64,000 bases of DNA from an uncultured Bifidobacterium sp. (GTDB taxonomy: Bacteria; Verrucomicrobiota; Verrucomicrobiia; Limisphaerales; JADLHS01). How positions within the stretch are numbered: the stretch's first letter is position 1; every line of letters starts with the position of its first letter. The position numbers and the translations under genes were made by a program. Location: positions 21,490 to 85,489 of the forward strand of contig CAZIJO010000003.1 of assembly GCA_964539515.1 (NCBI GenBank), read 5' to 3'. The notes beneath the pieces were generated by a model. It did no database searches, was not told the DNA's origin, and saw only the letters and a list, made by a program, of their open reading frames with translations. Shown piece by piece: positions 9,850 through 20,387 of the stretch.

Positions 9850-12800
9850 AAACCATTCCCGTAACGGACACCACCCCTGCGACCGGCCGCCAATACTGGC
9901 GCGGTTTGGATCAACTGGCCGAGACGCCGGAGTTCAAGGAATGGCTGCAGCGGGAGTTTCCCGCCGGGGCGAGCGAGATGACGGACCCGGTTTCCCGCCG
10001 GCACTTTGTCAAAATCATGTCCGCCTCCTTCATGCTGGCGGGGCTGGGGTTGGGGGCCACCGGCTGCCGACGGCCGGAGGACAAGTTGATGCCCTTCGGT
10101 AAGGCGGCAGAGAATTTCGTTTACGGCACGTCTCAGCATTTTGCCACCGCCATGCCGACGCGGGGCGGGGCGGTTCCGCTCCTGGTGAAGTCGTATGAGG
10201 GGCGGCCCGTCAAGGTGGAAGGCAATCCACTGTTCCCCGGCGGTAACGGCAGCACGGACCGGTTTGCGCAGGCTTCGTTGCTGAACTTATACGATCCGGA
10301 TCGCGCCACGCGATTTGCGAAGCAGGGCGGCTCGGGCCGGCTGGAATCCGTGCAACCCGAAGTGGCGCTCGATGCGCTCATTGGCCTGGCGGCGAAATTC
10401 GCAGCAACCCAAGGCGAAGGATTGGCCCTGCTCGCCGAGCGCACCCATTCGCCGTCACGCCGGCGGCTGCATCAGGAAATTTCCAAAAAACTCCCCAAGT
10501 CGCAATGGTACCTGTACGACGCGATCGATGCGGACGTGCATCAACGGGCGGCCACCCGGGCATTTGGCAAACCGGTCAAGCCGGTTTTCCGCTACGATGT
10601 GGCCAGCACCATTCTTGCGCTGGATTGTGATTTCATCGGCGGGGAGGAGGATGCGCACAATAACATTGGCCGTTTTGCCAAGGGGCGAAAGATCGAGAAA
10701 CCCGAAGATTCGATGAGCCGCCTGTACGCGGTGGAATCGCTCTTCACGCTCACCGGCGTCAATGCGGATCATCGGTTGCGCTTGCCGGCAAGCGCTGTTG
10801 CCCAGATTGCGGCGGCCATTGCAGCGGAACTGGGCGTGAAGGTCGTAGGCGGCACCTTGCCGGCGGGAGTTGACGCAAAGTGGATTTCCGAATGTGCCAG
10901 GGATTTGAAGGCAAACGCAGGCAAGTCGCTGGTCGTCGCGGGCTATCGCCAGCCGATGGCGGTGCATCTCCTGGCTCACGCCATCAACGCCGCGTTGGGC
11001 AGCGTGGGCACCACGGTGGAATTGATCGAAGTTCCCGCCCCGATTTCGGAGAGTCTCCCGAAACTCGCCGAGGCACTGAATGGCGGCCGGGTCGAGACCC
11101 TCGTGATTCTCGGGGCCAATCCGGTTTACAATGCGCCGGCGGATTTGAATTGGGCGGCGACGCAGCGCAAGGCGAAGGCGGTGGTGCGCCTGGGATATTA
11201 CGAAGACGAAACCGGCGCGGTTTCCGACTGGCATTTTCCACTTGCCCATTACCTGGAGTCGTGGGGTGACACGGTCACCAGTGATGGCACCTTGGTGCCT
11301 GTTCAGCCGCTGATTGCGCCGTTGTTCGGCGGCTTGACCGACCTCGAGTTTCTCTCCCGCCTCGCCGGGTTGCCCGAAACCAGCCCGAACAAGATCGTCC
11401 GCGAAACGTTCGCCAGCATCACCGGTAACCGCACCGAGGCGGCCTGGAACAAGTTCTTGCACGATGGCTTTGCACCCGGCACGGCGGCAAAGAAGGTCAG
11501 CGCCAACTTTAATGCGTCGGCCCTCGGCGGAATCACCACGCCCGCAGGCGCCGGCAAGGACAATCTCGAGGTGGTGCTCTTTCGCGATGCGAAGGTGGAC
11601 GACGGCCGTTACGCGAACAACGGCTGGTTGCAGGAGTTGCCCGAACCCATCACCAAGATGGTATGGGACAACGCCGTGCTGGTCAGCCGCAAAACCGCGC
11701 GTGAGCTTGGCGTGCAGAATGAGGACGTCGTCGAAATAAAGATCGGCGAGCGTTCGATCAAAGGGGCGATTTGGACGCAGCCGGGCATGGCGGATTATTC
11801 ACTCGGCCTGGCGCTCGGTTATGGGCGCACCCGGGTTGGGCGTGTCGGTGTCGGGACCGGTTTCGACGCTTACCCGTTGTTCTCGACCCGGACGGGTTAC
11901 ATTGCAACCGGGGCCACCGTACGCAAGACCGACGAGACCTATCCGCTGGTTTGCACGCAGAGCCATTGGTCCATGGAAGGTCGCGCCATCGTGCGCGAGG
12001 CGAATCTGGCGCAGTTCAAGTCCCATCCGGATTTCGCGGAGCGGATGAATGCTGAGGAAGCGCCGAACGAAAGCCCGATTTATCCAAATCCGCTGGATGA
12101 GGCCAAGAAGACCGCGCTGCATCAGTGGGGCATGTCGGTGGATTTGAATTCCTGCGTCGGCTGCGGCACGTGCGTGATGGCGTGTCAGAGCGAGAACAAC
12201 ATTCCGATTGTCGGCAAGGATCTGGTGAGTCGTGGGCGCGAAATGCAATGGATCCGGATCGATCGCTATTTTTCAACGGATCCAAGCAAGCGCACGTTTG
12301 GCCAGACCTACCAGAAGGACGAGGCCCAGCAGTTCGACACCTGGATTGATGACGTGCAGGCGGTGAACCAGCCGATGTTCTGCCAGCATTGCGAAGCCGC
12401 GCCCTGCGAAAGTGTCTGCCCCGTCAATGCGACGATCCACGACCACGAAGGTTTGAACGTGATGGCGTACAACCGTTGCGTCGGCACGCGGTACTGTTCC
12501 AACAACTGCCCCTATAAAGTCCGGCGGTTCAATTATCTCGATTACAACAAGCGCCCGTTGAAGGAGCTGAAGGGCCCGTTTTATGCCACCACCCTGCTGC
12601 ATCGAACCGGCGGGGAATGGGACCTGGCGCGCTGGTGGAAGGATCAGAATGCCACCATGCGTCCGGATGACGAGCTGGATTTGATCCGGATGATCAAGAA
12701 CCCGGACGTGACGGTGCGCATGCGCGGCGTCATGGAGAAATGCACCTTCTGCCTCCAGCGGATTGAGGGCGCGAAGATCGCGCAGAAGGTCAAGGCCGGC

Positions 12801-13145
12801 GAGTCGGGCGACGTGGTGGTGCCGGATGGCACGATCAAGACGGCCTGCGAGCAGGCGTGCCCGGCCGAAGCGATTGTGTTCGGCAACGTTGCCGATCCGG
12901 AGAGCCGGGTGTCGAAACTCAAGGCGCAGGAACGGGATTACTCGGTGCTGGACTTCCTGAAAACGAAACCGCGCACCACCTACCTGGCGCGCGTTCGCAA
13001 TCCGAATCCCGCCATGCCGGACTACGAAGAAGCGCCACTGACCTTCAAGGAATTTGCGACCAAGAATGGAGACCCCTTTGCCCATGGTGGCCACGGAAAG
13101 GCCGCCGCGCCCCATGAACACGCTGTCGAGAAAGGAGCGCACTAA
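9846..13145 (+). CDS. actB: alternative complex III subunit ActB (molybdopterin-oxidoreductase-like + Fe-S domain)
   Basis: YWRGLDQL and SRRHFVK Tat-variant leader; [10 protein letters not shown]; ferredoxin motifs [44 protein letters not shown]. Confidence 0.94.
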   Translation: MKTIPVTDTTPATGRQYWRGLDQLAETPEFKEWLQREFPAGASEMTDPVSRRHFVKIMSASFMLAGLGLGATGCRRPEDKLMPFGKAAENFVYGTSQHFATAMPTRGGAVPLLVKSYEGRPVKVEGNPLFPGGNGSTDRFAQASLLNLYDPDRATRFAKQGGSGRLESVQPEVALDALIGLAAKFAATQGEGLALLAERTHSPSRRRLHQEISKKLPKSQWYLYDAIDADVHQRAATRAFGKPVKPVFRYDVASTILALDCDFIGGEEDAHNNIGRFAKGRKIEKPEDSMSRLYAVESLFTLTGVNADHRLRLPASAVAQIAAAIAAELGVKVVGGTLPAGVDAKWISECARDLKANAGKSLVVAGYRQPMAVHLLAHAINAALGSVGTTVELIEVPAPISESLPKLAEALNGGRVETLVILGANPVYNAPADLNWAATQRKAKAVVRLGYYEDETGAVSDWHFPLAHYLESWGDTVTSDGTLVPVQPLIAPLFGGLTDLEFLSRLAGLPETSPNKIVRETFASITGNRTEAAWNKFLHDGFAPGTAAKKVSANFNASALGGITTPAGAGKDNLEVVLFRDAKVDDGRYANNGWLQELPEPITKMVWDNAVLVSRKTARELGVQNEDVVEIKIGERSIKGAIWTQPGMADYSLGLALGYGRTRVGRVGVGTGFDAYPLFSTRTGYIATGATVRKTDETYPLVCTQSHWSMEGRAIVREANLAQFKSHPDFAERMNAEEAPNESPIYPNPLDEAKKTALHQWGMSVDLNSCVGCGTCVMACQSENNIPIVGKDLVSRGREMQWIRIDRYFSTDPSKRTFGQTYQKDEAQQFDTWIDDVQAVNQPMFCQHCEAAPCESVCPVNATIHDHEGLNVMAYNRCVGTRYCSNNCPYKVRRFNYLDYNKRPLKELKGPFYATTLLHRTGGEWDLARWWKDQNATMRPDDELDLIRMIKNPDVTVRMRGVMEKCTFCLQRIEGAKIAQKVKAGESGDVVVPDGTIKTACEQACPAEAIVFGNVADPESRVSKLKAQERDYSVLDFLKTKPRTTYLARVRNPNPAMPDYEEAPLTFKEFATKNGDPFAHGGHGKAAAPHEHAVEKGAH

Positions 13146-14563
13146 TGTCTGAAGCCACCACTCAGATTCAGGTGCCCGTGACGCCGCCGGAACTGGAGCG
13201 GATTCCGCTGGTGCAGAACAATCGCAGCTTCGGCTGGATTTCCGACCGTGTCTCCGCCATCACCGAAGGCAAAACGCCGGCCTGGTGGTGGGCGGCCTTC
13301 ATTCCCAGCATCAGCTTGCTGGCGCTGCTGGGGGCGATGCTGTTCTATCAGGCCACTACGGGCGTTGGCGTCTGGGGGAATCATCACCCCACGATGTGGG
13401 GCTGGGACATTATCAATTTCGTGTGGTGGATCGGTATCGGCCACGCGGGCACATTGATCTCGGCCATTCTTTTCTTGCTGCGCCAGAAATGGCGGACGGG
13501 CGTGAACCGGGCCGCGGAAGCCATGACCATATTCGCCGTCATGTGCGCCGGAATTTATCCGGCGATGCACGTTGGGCGCGTGTGGTTCGACTGGTGGCTG
13601 TTCCCCATCCCGACCTACCAGGGACTCTGGCCGCAATTCCGTTCGCCCCTGATGTGGGACGTGTTTGCCGTTTCCACCTATTTCACGGTTTCCGTTCTGT
13701 TCTGGTACGTCGGTCTGGTCCCTGACCTGGCGACGATGCGGGATCGTGCCAAAACCAAAATCCGGCAGTTTATTTATGGAGTGATGGCCTTCGGCTGGAC
13801 CGGCTCAAACCGGCACTGGAGCAATTACGAGAAGGCGTATCTGATTCTCGCGGGTCTTTCCACGCCGCTGGTGCTTTCCGTTCACTCGATCGTCTCCCTG
13901 GACTTTGCGGTGTCGCAGCTGCCCGGCTGGCACACGACCATTTTTCCCCCGTACTTCGTGGCGGGCGCGGTATTCTCCGGCTTCGGCATGGTGCTCACGC
14001 TGCTGATTCCGTTGCGGAGCATGTGCCATCTCGAGGATGTGATCACGATGCGGCACATTGACGTGATGTGCAAAGTGACGCTGGCGACCGGTTCAATCGT
14101 CGGTTACGCCTACGGCATGGAGTTCTTTATTGCCTGGTACTCCGGCAGTGCCTTCGAGCGCTTCGCCTTCATCAACCGCGCGATGGGTCCTTATTGGTGG
14201 GGTTACTGGCTGATGGTGGGATGCAACGTGATCGTGCCCCAGCTCTTCTGGTTCACCAAGGTGCGGAAGACCCTTTGGCTGGTGTTCATCCTGTCAATCC
14301 TGGTCAATGTCGGCATGTGGTTCGAGCGCTTCGTGATCGTCGTGATCTCGTTGCATCGTGAGTTTCTGCCGGCCAACTGGGATTATTTCAAGCCAACCTG
14401 GGTGGATATTTGCACCTACCTCGGCACGTTTGGATTGTTTTTCACCATGTTCCTCCTGTTCCTGCGCTTCCTGCCGATGGTGGCCATTTCGGAAGTCAAG
14501 GGCGTGACCCCCCAGGCGGATCCGCACCACCCGCTGGCCAAAGGTAACGGAGGCAAGCACTGA
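13145..14563 (+). CDS. actC: alternative complex III NrfD/PsrC-family membrane subunit ActC
   Basis: [56 protein letters not shown]. Confidence 0.94.
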   Translation: MSEATTQIQVPVTPPELERIPLVQNNRSFGWISDRVSAITEGKTPAWWWAAFIPSISLLALLGAMLFYQATTGVGVWGNHHPTMWGWDIINFVWWIGIGHAGTLISAILFLLRQKWRTGVNRAAEAMTIFAVMCAGIYPAMHVGRVWFDWWLFPIPTYQGLWPQFRSPLMWDVFAVSTYFTVSVLFWYVGLVPDLATMRDRAKTKIRQFIYGVMAFGWTGSNRHWSNYEKAYLILAGLSTPLVLSVHSIVSLDFAVSQLPGWHTTIFPPYFVAGAVFSGFGMVLTLLIPLRSMCHLEDVITMRHIDVMCKVTLATGSIVGYAYGMEFFIAWYSGSAFERFAFINRAMGPYWWGYWLMVGCNVIVPQLFWFTKVRKTLWLVFILSILVNVGMWFERFVIVVISLHREFLPANWDYFKPTWVDICTYLGTFGLFFTMFLLFLRFLPMVAISEVKGVTPQADPHHPLAKGNGGKH

Positions 14564-15102
14564 TGAGCGCCAACGCCAAACCCTACGGTCTGCTCGCGGA
14601 GTTTGACAACACGGCGGACGTGTTGCACGCGGCGGAAAAAGTTCGTAACGCCGGCTTCCGCATCTGGGATGTGTACATGCCATTCCCGATTCACGGCATG
14701 GACAAGGCCATGGGCCTGAAGAATTCCAAGGTCGGCTGGTTCTCGTTCATCGGCGGCGCGACCGGGTACACGACCGGCATGCTGATGATCTGGTGGATGA
14801 ACGCGGTGGACTACAAGATCCTGATCGGCGGCAAGCCGATGTTCAGTCCGCATGGCGCGTTTCCGCCCTCGTACGAGCTCACCATTCTCTTCGGCGCGTT
14901 CGGTGCCATTCTGGGCATGTTGTTCCTGAACCGTCTGCCGCGATTGCACCATCCGCTGCTCAAGCACAAACGCTTCGCCCTCGCGTCCCATGACAAGTTC
15001 TACGTGGTGATCGAAACCGCCGATCCGAAGTATTCCGAAACGGAAACCCGCAAGTTGCTCGAGGCTGCCGGCAGCAAGCGCATCGAAATGGTGGAGGATT
15101 AA
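14563..15102 (+). CDS. actD: alternative complex III subunit ActD (DUF3341)
   Basis: YMPFPIHGMDKAMG, GGKPMFS, FPPSYELTILF; position after actC. Confidence 0.92.
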   Translation: MSANAKPYGLLAEFDNTADVLHAAEKVRNAGFRIWDVYMPFPIHGMDKAMGLKNSKVGWFSFIGGATGYTTGMLMIWWMNAVDYKILIGGKPMFSPHGAFPPSYELTILFGAFGAILGMLFLNRLPRLHHPLLKHKRFALASHDKFYVVIETADPKYSETETRKLLEAAGSKRIEMVED

Positions 15103-15746
15103 TGCGCTACTTCTTCTTAATCTTTGCGGTGTTGGTCCTCATCGTGGTCGGCATCGCCGGCCGGCGGGGTGATCTGTCGCGCAATCGGCCGGTCCAGATT
15201 TTCCCGGACATGAAACGGCAGCTCAAGCTGCGCCCGCAAACGCCCAATGGTTTTTTTGCCAGCGGCCTGAGTTCGCACCTGCCGCCGTCGGGCACCATTG
15301 CACAGAGCAAGCCGATGGCCGTCGGGGGGCGGGAGGTTTACCCGTTCGAAGACCTGCCGGTGAACACGGGCCGCGTGCCGGGAACGACCAATTTTGTCGA
15401 GCTGACGCCCGTTCCGGTCACGGGTCGATTGCTGGCCCGGGGGCAGCAGCGGTATGCGATTTATTGCGCACCCTGTCATGGCCAGACCGGCGATGGGAAT
15501 GGGATCACCAAGAAGATCGGGGCGATGGCCGTGGTGGCGAACCTGCATGACAAGCGCATCGTGGAATTGACCGATGGCGAAGTGTTCAACACGGTCAGCT
15601 TCGGCAAGAACAACATGCAAGGTTATGCGCCGCAGATCGGGGTCGAGGATCGCTGGGCGATTATTGCGTATCTCCGCGCTTTGCAATTGAGCCGGCTCGG
15701 TTCGGTGGACGACCTCGCGCCGGAGACCCGCGCGAAACTCAAGTAA
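15102..15746 (+). CDS. actE: alternative complex III monoheme cytochrome c ActE
   Basis: FPDMKRQ.K.RPQ, GQQRYAIYCAPCHG, NMQGYA, DRWAIIAYLRALQ. Confidence 0.9.
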   Translation: MRYFFLIFAVLVLIVVGIAGRRGDLSRNRPVQIFPDMKRQLKLRPQTPNGFFASGLSSHLPPSGTIAQSKPMAVGGREVYPFEDLPVNTGRVPGTTNFVELTPVPVTGRLLARGQQRYAIYCAPCHGQTGDGNGITKKIGAMAVVANLHDKRIVELTDGEVFNTVSFGKNNMQGYAPQIGVEDRWAIIAYLRALQLSRLGSVDDLAPETRAKLK

Positions 15747-15750
15747 GCGT

Positions 15751-17064
15751 ATGAGTCAACAAGACGATTTCTCCAACACCGATCCGACGCTGCCCCCGCC
15801 GCTTGACTTGTCCAAATGGCGCAAGTTGCCGGGCCAGTTGATTGCGGTTGGGGGCCTGGTCACGCTGGTCGGGCTGGTGGTCAGCTGGCGGCACGATGGC
15901 CTGGTCAATTTTGGTTTCTCCTGGCTCGTGGCGTTCATGTTTTTCCTGAGCCTGGGGCTCGGTTCGTTGTTCCTCGTGCTGGCGCATCACCTGTTTGACG
16001 CGGGTTGGTCGGTGGCCACCCGCCGCATGTGCGAGCACATGTCATCCCTGCTCTTTCCGTGGCTGGCGATTTTGTTCATCCCCATTGCGTTGTTGGCCTC
16101 TCGAATCTACGCCTGGATGGGGCCGGTGTTGCAGGACCATCCCGATCACGCCCTAAAGGCCAAATCGCCCCTCTTTACGACCGCCGGATTTTACCTCGTC
16201 GCGGTGGCGTGCTTTGCCGTGTGGTGGCTGTTGACGAACCGGTTGAAATACTGGTCGCTCAAGCAGGACGAAACCGGATCGGCGGAATGCACCCGCAAGA
16301 TGCGCCTGCATTCGTATTGGGGCATCTGGCTCTTCGCGTTCACGGTCACCTTCGGCGCGATCATGTGGATGAAGGCGTTGCAACATCAGTGGTTCTCCAC
16401 CATGTATGGCGTCCAATACTTCGCCGGCAGTGTCTGGCTCACCTTGGCGACGATTTATGTTCTCACGATGCTGCTGGATCGGCAACGCGTGCTCACCGAC
16501 GTGTTGCACGAGCATCAGTTTTATTTTCTCGGCACGCTGATGTTTGCGTTCACGGTGTTCTACGCCTACGTGTCGTTCTCCCAATACTTCATCATCTGGA
16601 ACGCCAACATGCCGGAGGAAACCTTCTGGTACGTCGTCCGCGAGAAGGGGACCTGGTTTTATGTCGGCCTCGTCATCATCTTCGGGCATTTCTTCATGCC
16701 CTTCCTGGCGCTGTTGCGCATCGATGTGAAGAGTAATTTTGCGCTCATGATTCCGATCGCGGCCTGGGCCTGGCTCATGCATTTCGTGGACATGACCTTC
16801 AACATCCTGCCGCCCCAGTTCAAGGATGGCTTTCCGTTCCAATGGATCTGGCTGCCGCTCGGCATCATGGCCCTCATGGGCGGTCTGCTGGCGCAGGAGT
16901 TTATCCGGAAATTTGCCAGTGCCTCGCCTTATCCCAAGAAGGACCCGCGGCTCATCGAGGCGATGGGGCTTTATCATCCGGTGGCCACCCAGATCTCCGG
17001 TGGTGAACTCGATCAGGCCGACACGCGGCACGGCGCCCCCATTCAACCCAAAGGAAGTCACTGA
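15751..17064 (+). CDS. actF: alternative complex III membrane subunit ActF
   Basis: About 10 TM helices; WFSTMYG, YVSFSQYFIIWNANMPEETFWY. Confidence 0.9.
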   Translation: MSQQDDFSNTDPTLPPPLDLSKWRKLPGQLIAVGGLVTLVGLVVSWRHDGLVNFGFSWLVAFMFFLSLGLGSLFLVLAHHLFDAGWSVATRRMCEHMSSLLFPWLAILFIPIALLASRIYAWMGPVLQDHPDHALKAKSPLFTTAGFYLVAVACFAVWWLLTNRLKYWSLKQDETGSAECTRKMRLHSYWGIWLFAFTVTFGAIMWMKALQHQWFSTMYGVQYFAGSVWLTLATIYVLTMLLDRQRVLTDVLHEHQFYFLGTLMFAFTVFYAYVSFSQYFIIWNANMPEETFWYVVREKGTWFYVGLVIIFGHFFMPFLALLRIDVKSNFALMIPIAAWAWLMHFVDMTFNILPPQFKDGFPFQWIWLPLGIMALMGGLLAQEFIRKFASASPYPKKDPRLIEAMGLYHPVATQISGGELDQADTRHGAPIQPKGSH

Positions 17065-17447
17065 TGAATGCAGATGTGTCGGAGAGCAATGCTTGCGGCC
17101 GCAATTTCTCCGTGACCGCGGCGGTCGTCATTGTCTGCCTCATCTTTGCCGGGCTCGTCTGGAAGATGCGGGAATACACCACCCCGCCGCCGCTGAACGC
17201 GGTGCGCGCCGCCGAACGGGCCAAGGCCCTGGCCGATTTGCGCGCCGAGGAGGCCACCGCCTTGAACAACGTCGGTTGGGTGGACCAGGCGAAAGGGGTC
17301 GTTCGCCTGCCCATTGCCGACGCGGTGAAGCTCGCGGAAAAGCAATGGCAGAATCCCGCGCAAGCCCGCGCCAATTTGATTGCCCGGGTCGAAAAGGCCA
17401 CGGCCCTCCCGCCCAAAGCGCCGGAGAAACCGAGCCAGTTCGAGTAA
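17064..17447 (+). CDS. ActG-like small membrane-anchored protein
   Basis: One TM helix, then GWVDQAKGVVRLPIADAVKL, resembling the ActG motif; translationally coupled to actF. Confidence 0.6.
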   Translation: MNADVSESNACGRNFSVTAAVVIVCLIFAGLVWKMREYTTPPPLNAVRAAERAKALADLRAEEATALNNVGWVDQAKGVVRLPIADAVKLAEKQWQNPAQARANLIARVEKATALPPKAPEKPSQFE

Positions 17448-17468
17448 TTCCCCGTCTGCCCAGACTGA

Positions 17469-18893
17469 ATGACCGCGACTTCGTCCACCCCGCCGCCGCT
17501 GATTGACAATTCCTGTCGTCTGCCCCTCCTCACGCTTTTTGGAGGTGCGGCCATCTGGCTCGCGCTGAGTTCGGTCTTTGGCGTCATCGCCTCGCTGACG
17601 TTCCACAAGCCCTCGATGTTCGCGGACTGCGCGATGTTCAGCTACGGGCGGGCGCTTCCCGCCTGGTCTTTTCTGCTCGTCTATGGCTTCTGCATCCCGG
17701 CCGGCCTCGGGGTTGGTCTCTGGTTGCTGGCGCGGCTTGGTCGCGTCGCGCTGGCCCGGCCCTGGCTGATCGTCGTGGGGGCTAAACTCTGGTCGCTTGG
17801 CGTCATCGTCGGCTTGATCGCGATTCTCTCCGGTCAAGCCACCGGGTTCGAGTGGCTCGAAATGCCGCGATACGCGGCGGTGATCTTGTTCCTTGCGTTT
17901 CTGCTGATCACGGTGTGGGCCTATGTCACCTACACCCAGCGCACGGAGCGGGCGCTTTATCCCTCGCAATGGTTCGTGCTGGCGGCGTTGCTCTGGTTTC
18001 CCTGGATTTTCTCAACAGCCAGTCTGCTGTTGCAATTTTTCCCTGTGCGGGGGGTCGTGCAGGCTTCGGTCGCGTGGTGGTTTGCCGGCAACCTGCTGAA
18101 TGTGTGGCTGACCCTCGCCGGGCTGGCGTCCACGTTTTATGTGCTGCCCAAGCTCACCGGACGCCCGTTGCAAAGTCATTACCTCGCGTTGTTCGCCTTC
18201 TGGACGCTGATTCTTTTCGGCACTTGGACGGGCATTCCGGCGCACGCCGCGCTCCCGGCTTGGATGCCGACCTTGAGCGGGGCGGCGAGCGTGATGCTGC
18301 TGATTCCGGTGCTCGCGGTCGCCACCAGCGTGATCCTGACTGTGCGCGGCGCCAAGACTCCGTGCGGTGGCGGCCCGCTGTGCTTTACCAAATTCGCCGC
18401 CATGTGCCTGGTGCTGGCGACGCTGCTGCTCGCAGTGGCTGCCTGTCCCCAAGTCAGCCGGGTCACCGATTTTACCTGGTTTAACCACGGGCAGAACACC
18501 CTGCGGATCTACGGTTTCTTTGGCATGACGATGTTCGGCGCCATCTATCACATCCTGCCGCAGCTCGTCGGGCTGGAGCGGGTTTGTCCGCGGTGGATGC
18601 GGATCAATTTCTGGCTGGTGATGCCGGGCACTCTCCTTCTCGCCCTGCCGCTGGTGTTTGGTGGCATCGCGCAAGGCTTGAAGCTCGTCGAGGCGACGAT
18701 TCCGTTTGTGGAGGTGGCCAAGTCCACTTTGATGGCTTTTCGCATCAGTACGCTGGGCGAGACGATGATCGCCCTCGGTAACTTGATTTTCTTGTTCAAT
18801 ATCCTGTCGGCGATGGTGGGCTACTATCGTTCGGTCGGCCGGAAGTGCTATGCCGAGGTCACTGCGCTTGAACCCGCGGGGGTGAAGCCATGA
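17469..18893 (+). CDS. cbb3-type oxidase subunit I (CcoN) homolog lacking metal-ligand histidines
   Basis: About 12 TM helices, co-linear with CcoN (YGRALP, WWFAGN, LPKLTGRPL, ALPAW, GAIYHILP, GIAQG), but His ligand positions read W, G, (no HH), Q, T. Confidence 0.85.
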   Translation: MTATSSTPPPLIDNSCRLPLLTLFGGAAIWLALSSVFGVIASLTFHKPSMFADCAMFSYGRALPAWSFLLVYGFCIPAGLGVGLWLLARLGRVALARPWLIVVGAKLWSLGVIVGLIAILSGQATGFEWLEMPRYAAVILFLAFLLITVWAYVTYTQRTERALYPSQWFVLAALLWFPWIFSTASLLLQFFPVRGVVQASVAWWFAGNLLNVWLTLAGLASTFYVLPKLTGRPLQSHYLALFAFWTLILFGTWTGIPAHAALPAWMPTLSGAASVMLLIPVLAVATSVILTVRGAKTPCGGGPLCFTKFAAMCLVLATLLLAVAACPQVSRVTDFTWFNHGQNTLRIYGFFGMTMFGAIYHILPQLVGLERVCPRWMRINFWLVMPGTLLLALPLVFGGIAQGLKLVEATIPFVEVAKSTLMAFRISTLGETMIALGNLIFLFNILSAMVGYYRSVGRKCYAEVTALEPAGVKP

Positions 18894-19762
18894 AATCCAG
18901 CGTGCTGGTCTTCTTGGCGGCGTTCATTGCGCTTTCGGCGTCCTGGGGCGGATTCGTGCTCGCGCCGCAATTGCAATTGGGCCGCTCAGGGCAGGCCAAG
19001 ACCGTTCCTGGTCAGGCCAATTATCCAATCGCGCGTCCGGGGCTCGCCGCGCAAGGGGCGGAAGTCTATCGCTCCCTGGGTTGTGTTCACTGTCACAGCC
19101 AGTCGGTTCGCCAGGACGGCGTAAAATGTGAGATCATTTTGACCGACGCGGGAACCAATACGGCGGCCACCGCGGCCGCGCTCGCCAAGCTAAACGCCAA
19201 GCTTGGTCAGGCGGATCTCCTCTCCGCGTTGCCGAAAACATTGATGTCGGTCGCCGATATGAACGCCGCGGACCCGATCCTTAAAGCGATCGGTTCGGCC
19301 GGGGCCAAGGCGCAAGTGGTGGTGAGTGCACTGGGACCGGATATGGCGCGCGGCTGGGGCCGCCGGCGTTCCGTCGCCCAGGATTACCTCTATGATTTGC
19401 CCGTGCAACCCGGCTCCCGGCGGGCCGGACCGGACCTTGCGAATGTGGGCCTGCGCCAACCGGATGTGAACTGGCAATTGCGCCATCTCTACGCTCCGGC
19501 CGCCGATGTTCCCGGTTCCACGATGCCGCCCTACCGCTTTTTGTTCGAACTGCGCAAGGTCGGGAAGCAGTCCTCCGCCAGGGCGCTGCAACTTTCCGGC
19601 GACTTCGCGCCGCCGGCCGGCTATGAAATCGTGCCGACCGACGACGCATTGGCTCTGGCCGCCTATCTGGTGAGTTTGCGCGCCGAGGCGCCTTTGTTTG
19701 AATCGCCGTTTACCGCGCCCGCCGCGCCGCCGGTTGCAGCCACCAATTCCCCAGCGAAATGA
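18890..19762 (+). CDS. ccoO: cbb3-type oxidase subunit II (CcoO)-like cytochrome c
   Basis: GAEVYRSLGCVHCHSQSVR, GSRRAGPDLANVG, HLYAP, GSTMPPY. Confidence 0.85.
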   Translation: MKSSVLVFLAAFIALSASWGGFVLAPQLQLGRSGQAKTVPGQANYPIARPGLAAQGAEVYRSLGCVHCHSQSVRQDGVKCEIILTDAGTNTAATAAALAKLNAKLGQADLLSALPKTLMSVADMNAADPILKAIGSAGAKAQVVVSALGPDMARGWGRRRSVAQDYLYDLPVQPGSRRAGPDLANVGLRQPDVNWQLRHLYAPAADVPGSTMPPYRFLFELRKVGKQSSARALQLSGDFAPPAGYEIVPTDDALALAAYLVSLRAEAPLFESPFTAPAAPPVAATNSPAK

Positions 19763-20367
19763 GCGCCGAAGCGAAACAACCGAGCCGCGCTTTGCCGGAA
19801 GCCGAACCGACTTCCGCGGCGACGACCGTGCCAATGTGGTTGATTGCGGCGATGCTGGTGTTGCTGTTTCTCGGCGCGTGGTATTTCGATGCGCGCGGCG
19901 GATGGTTCGAGGCGAAGGTTTATGCGCCGTACCATTCGGTGGCGGATGTCGGACGGTTTCAGCCACGTTCCGGTGGCGAAGCGGTTTTGTTGCGCGGCAA
20001 ATTGTTGTTCGAGCAAAACTGCGCGCTGTGCCATAACCCCGATGGCATGGGCAAGCCGGCGCAGGCACCGCCCTTGGCCGGTTCGGAATGGGTTTTAACC
20101 ACGGGTGTCAATCGTCTGATTCGTATTCCCCAAGTTGGCTTGAACGGGCCGATCGAAGTCAAAGGTCAACCCTGGAACCTGCCCATGGCCGCCATGGGCG
20201 CGATGTATCCGGACGAGGACCTCGCGGCCGTGCTCAGCTACATTCGCAATGCCTGGGGCAACAAGGCTTCCGTGGTTACCGCCGAGCAGGTCAAGAAAGT
20301 GCGCGCGGAATTGGCCGGTCGGAGCCAGCCGTACTCCCCGGACGAGTTGAAGAAAGAGGCGGAGTAA
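19759..20367 (+). CDS. membrane-anchored monoheme cytochrome c
   Basis: TM helix, CALCH, APPLAGSEWV, PMAAM, AAVLSYIRNAWGN. Confidence 0.9.
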   Translation: MSAEAKQPSRALPEAEPTSAATTVPMWLIAAMLVLLFLGAWYFDARGGWFEAKVYAPYHSVADVGRFQPRSGGEAVLLRGKLLFEQNCALCHNPDGMGKPAQAPPLAGSEWVLTTGVNRLIRIPQVGLNGPIEVKGQPWNLPMAAMGAMYPDEDLAAVLSYIRNAWGNKASVVTAEQVKKVRAELAGRSQPYSPDELKKEAE

Positions 20368-20387
20368 GCTGCCGGGGCGTGGGAAGC

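Noticed and set aside
9846-13145. ActB as a true molybdopterin enzyme
   Set aside because: Context (actA-actF) identifies it as the ACIII subunit, which is known not to bind Mo cofactor; no Mo/Fe-S N-terminal Cys motif is seen after the leader.
17469-18893. Calling the CcoN homolog a pseudogene
   Set aside because: The ORF is intact, full length and coupled to ccoO (overlapping stop/start); no frameshift or internal stop.
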